A DNA stretch of 32,000 nt. Source: Mycoplasmoides pneumoniae FH (lineage in GTDB: Bacteria; Bacillota_I; Bacilli_A; Mycoplasmatales; Mycoplasmoidaceae). This document shows positions 29,324 through 32,000 of this stretch, in pieces (position 1 is the stretch's first letter; each line of letters begins with the position of its first letter). Location: the NCBI RefSeq assembly GCF_001272835.1, contig NZ_CP010546.1:150001-182000 (forward strand). Direction: 5' to 3'. A model generated the notes under the pieces. That model was not told the DNA's origin, ran no database searches, and saw only the letters and a list, made by a program, of their open reading frames with translations. Both the position numbers and the translations under genes were made by a program.

Positions 29324-32000
29324 ATGCACCAAACCAAAAAAACTGCCTTGTCCAAGTCCACTTGGATTCTCATCCTCACCGCCACCGCCTCCCTCGCGAC
29401 GGGACTCACCGTAGTGGGACACTTCACAAGTACCACCACGACGCTCAAGCGCCAGCAATTTAGCTACACCCGCCCTGACGAGGTCGCGCTGCGCCACACC
29501 AATGCCATCAACCCGCGCTTAACCCCGTGAACGTATCGTAACACGAGCTTTTCCTCCCTCCCCCTCACGGGTGAAAATCCCGGGGCGTGGGCCTTAGTGC
29601 GCGACAACAGCGCTAAGGGCATCACTGCCGGCAGTGGCAGTCAACAAACCACGTATGATCCCACCCGAACCGAAGCGGCTTTGACCGCATCAACCACCTT
29701 TGCGTTACGCCGGTATGACCTCGCCGGGCGCGCCTTATACGACCTCGATTTTTCGAAGTTAAACCCGCAAACGCCCACGCGCGACCAAACCGGGCAGATC
29801 ACCTTTAACCCCTTTGGCGGCTTTGGTTTGAGTGGGGCTGCACCCCAACAGTGAAACGAGGTCAAAAACAAGGTCCCCGTCGAGGTGGCGCAAGACCCCT
29901 CCAATCCTTATCGGTTTGCCGTTTTACTCGTGCCGCGTAGCGTGGTGTACTATGAGCAGTTGCAGCGGGGGTTAGCGCTCCCTAACCAAGGGAGTTCGTC
30001 AGGCTCAGACAGCACTAACCAAACAGGCGCAATGTTTGGCTTGAAGGTGAAGGATGCAACCGTGGATAGTTCGAAGCAATCAACGGAAAGCTTAAAGGGC
30101 GAAGAATCGAGTTCCAGTTCCACCACATCTTCCACCTCCACCACCCAACGTGGGGGTTCGTCAAATGAAAACAAAGTCAAGGCGTTGCAGGTGGCGGTGA
30201 AAAAGAAATCCGGGAGTCAGGGCAACTCCGGTGACCAAGGCACCGAACAGGTGGAACTTGAATCTAATGATTTAGCCAACGCCCCGATTAAACGGGGCTC
30301 CAATAACAACCAGCAAGTCCAACTCAAGGCGGACGATTTTGGTACTGCCCCTTCCAGTTCGGGATCAGGCACCCAAGATGGCACCCCCACCCCCTGAACG
30401 CCGTGGTTAACGACTGAGCAAATTCACAACGACCCCGCCAAATTCGCCGCCTCGATCCTGATTCTGTACGATGCGCCTTATGCGCGCAACCGTACCGCCA
30501 TTGACCGCGTTGATCACTTGGATCCCAAGGCCATGACCGCGAACTATCCGCCCAGTTGAAGAACGCCCAAGTGAAACCACCACGGTTTGTGGGACTGAAA
30601 GGCGCGCGATGTTTTGCTCCAAACCACCGGGTTCTTCAACCCGCGCCGCCACCCCGAGTGGTTTGATGGCGGGCAGACGGTCGCGGATAACGAAAAGACC
30701 GGGTTTGATGTGGATAACTCTGAAAACACCAAGCAGGGCTTTCAAAAGGAAGCTGACTCCGACAAGTCGGCCCCGATCGCCCTCCCGTTTGAAGCGTACT
30801 TCGCCAACATTGGCAACCTCACCTGGTTCGGGCAAGCGCTTTTGGTGTTTGGTGGCAATGGCCATGTTACCAAGTCGGCCCACACCGCGCCTTTGAGTAT
30901 AGGTGTCTTTAGGGTGCGCTATAATGCAACTGGTACCAGTGCTACTGTAACTGGTTGACCATATGCCTTACTGTTCTCAGGCATGGTCAACAAACAAACT
31001 GACGGGTTAAAGAATCTACCCTTTAACAATAACCGCTGGTTTGAATATGTACCACGGATGGCAGTTGCTGGCGCTAAGTTCGTTGGTAGGGAACTCGTTT
31101 TAGCGGGTACCATTACCATGGGTGATACCGCTACCGTACCTCGCTTACTGTACGATGAACTTGAAAGCAACCTGAACTTAGTAGCGCAAGGCCAAGGTCT
31201 TTTACGCGAAGACTTGCAACTCTTCACACCCTACGGATGAGCCAATCGTCCGGATTTACCAATCGGGGCTTGAAGTAGTAGTAGTAGTAGTCACAACGCA
31301 CCCTACTACTTCCACAATAACCCCGATTGACAAGACCGTCCAATCCAAAGTGTGGTTGATGCCTTTATTAAGCCCTGAGAGGACAAGAACGGTAAGGATG
31401 ATGCCAAATACATCTACCCTTACCGTTACAGTGGCATGTGAGCTTGACAGGTATACAACTGGTCCAATAAGCTCACTGACCAACCATTAAGTGCTGACTT
31501 TGTCAATGAGAATGCTTACCAACCAAACTCCTTGTTTGCTGCTATTCTCAATCCGGAATTGTTAGCAGCTCTTCCCGACAAGGTTAAATACGGTAAGGAA
31601 AACGAGTTTGCTGCTAACGAGTACGAGCGCTTTAACCAGAAGTTAACGGTAGCTCCTACCCAAGGAACAAACTGATCCCACTTCTCCCCCACGCTTTCCC
31701 GTTTCTCCACCGGGTTCAACCTTGTGGGGTCGGTGCTCGACCAGGTGTTGGATTATGTGCCCTGGATTGGGAATGGGTACAGGTATGGCAATAACCACCG
31801 GGGCGTGGATGATATAACCGCGCCTCAAACCAGCGCGGGGTCGTCCAGCGGAATTAGTACGAACACAAGTGGTTCGCGTTCCTCTCTCCCGACGTTTTCC
31901 AACATCGGCGTCGGCCTCAAAGCGAATGTCCAAGCCACCCTCGGGGGCAGTCAGACGATGATTACAGGCGGTTCGCCTCGAAGAACCCTCGACCAAGCCA
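29324..32000 (+). CDS. Cytadhesin P1 (3' end beyond window)
   Basis: [69 protein letters not shown]...; frame 2 is open through multiple TGA(Trp) to the window end. Confidence 0.97.
29361..30483 (+). repeat. RepMP4-homologous region within the expressed P1 gene
   Basis: Aligned with the copy at 15821-16932. Confidence 0.88.
31274..31291 (+). repeat. (AGT)6 trinucleotide repeat in P1 (poly-Ser)
   Basis: TGA AGT AGT AGT AGT AGT AGT CAC. Confidence 0.95.
31678..32000 (+). repeat. RepMP2/3-homologous region within the expressed P1 gene (continues past window)
   Basis: Aligned with the copies at 18091 and 19335. Confidence 0.88.

Noticed and set aside
1-32000. Frequent in-frame TGA codons that split most genes in the ORF track.
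   Set aside because: Not pseudogenes: protein homology continues across TGA in infC, parE, parC, hrcA, uvrC, P1 and others, consistent with Mycoplasma code 4 (UGA=Trp).
1-32000. tRNA or rRNA genes.
   Set aside because: No cloverleaf-like GTTCRANYC-containing intergenic segment or rRNA signature was recognised in the non-coding gaps, though this was only an eye scan.

Overview
This window looks like a stretch of the Mycoplasma pneumoniae chromosome. I base that on recognised proteins and gene order, not on a database search. TGA must be read as Trp (genetic code 4), so the supplied ORF track splits most genes; I rejoined the in-frame pieces by hand. Left to right it contains: the 3' end of a carnitine acyltransferase gene; infC-rpmI-rplT; convergent rnhC; a J-domain/EAGR-type protein (TopJ); grpE plus a small gene; parE-parC; convergent hrcA; uvrC and a small phosphoesterase; a repeat-rich accessory block (DUF16/UPF0134 coiled-coil genes, one RepMP4-like and two RepMP2/3-like P1 copies, decayed membrane-protein genes); a surface nuclease lipoprotein; a three-gene ABC transporter operon with a huge insertion in the ATPase; two more DUF16 genes on the minus strand; and mgpA followed by the expressed adhesin P1 gene, truncated by the window end. 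The observation I consider most likely to be under-described is a conserved ~170-nt leader in front of four (possibly five) DUF16-type or related genes. Each of the four clear copies encodes a short ORF (three are exactly 38 codons plus stop, starting MQIF-F-NWS when UGA=Trp) whose stop codon overlaps or lies within 2 nt of the downstream start codon. This suggests a translationally coupled leader-peptide system. I see no CRISPR array, prophage, obvious defence island or tRNA/rRNA gene.
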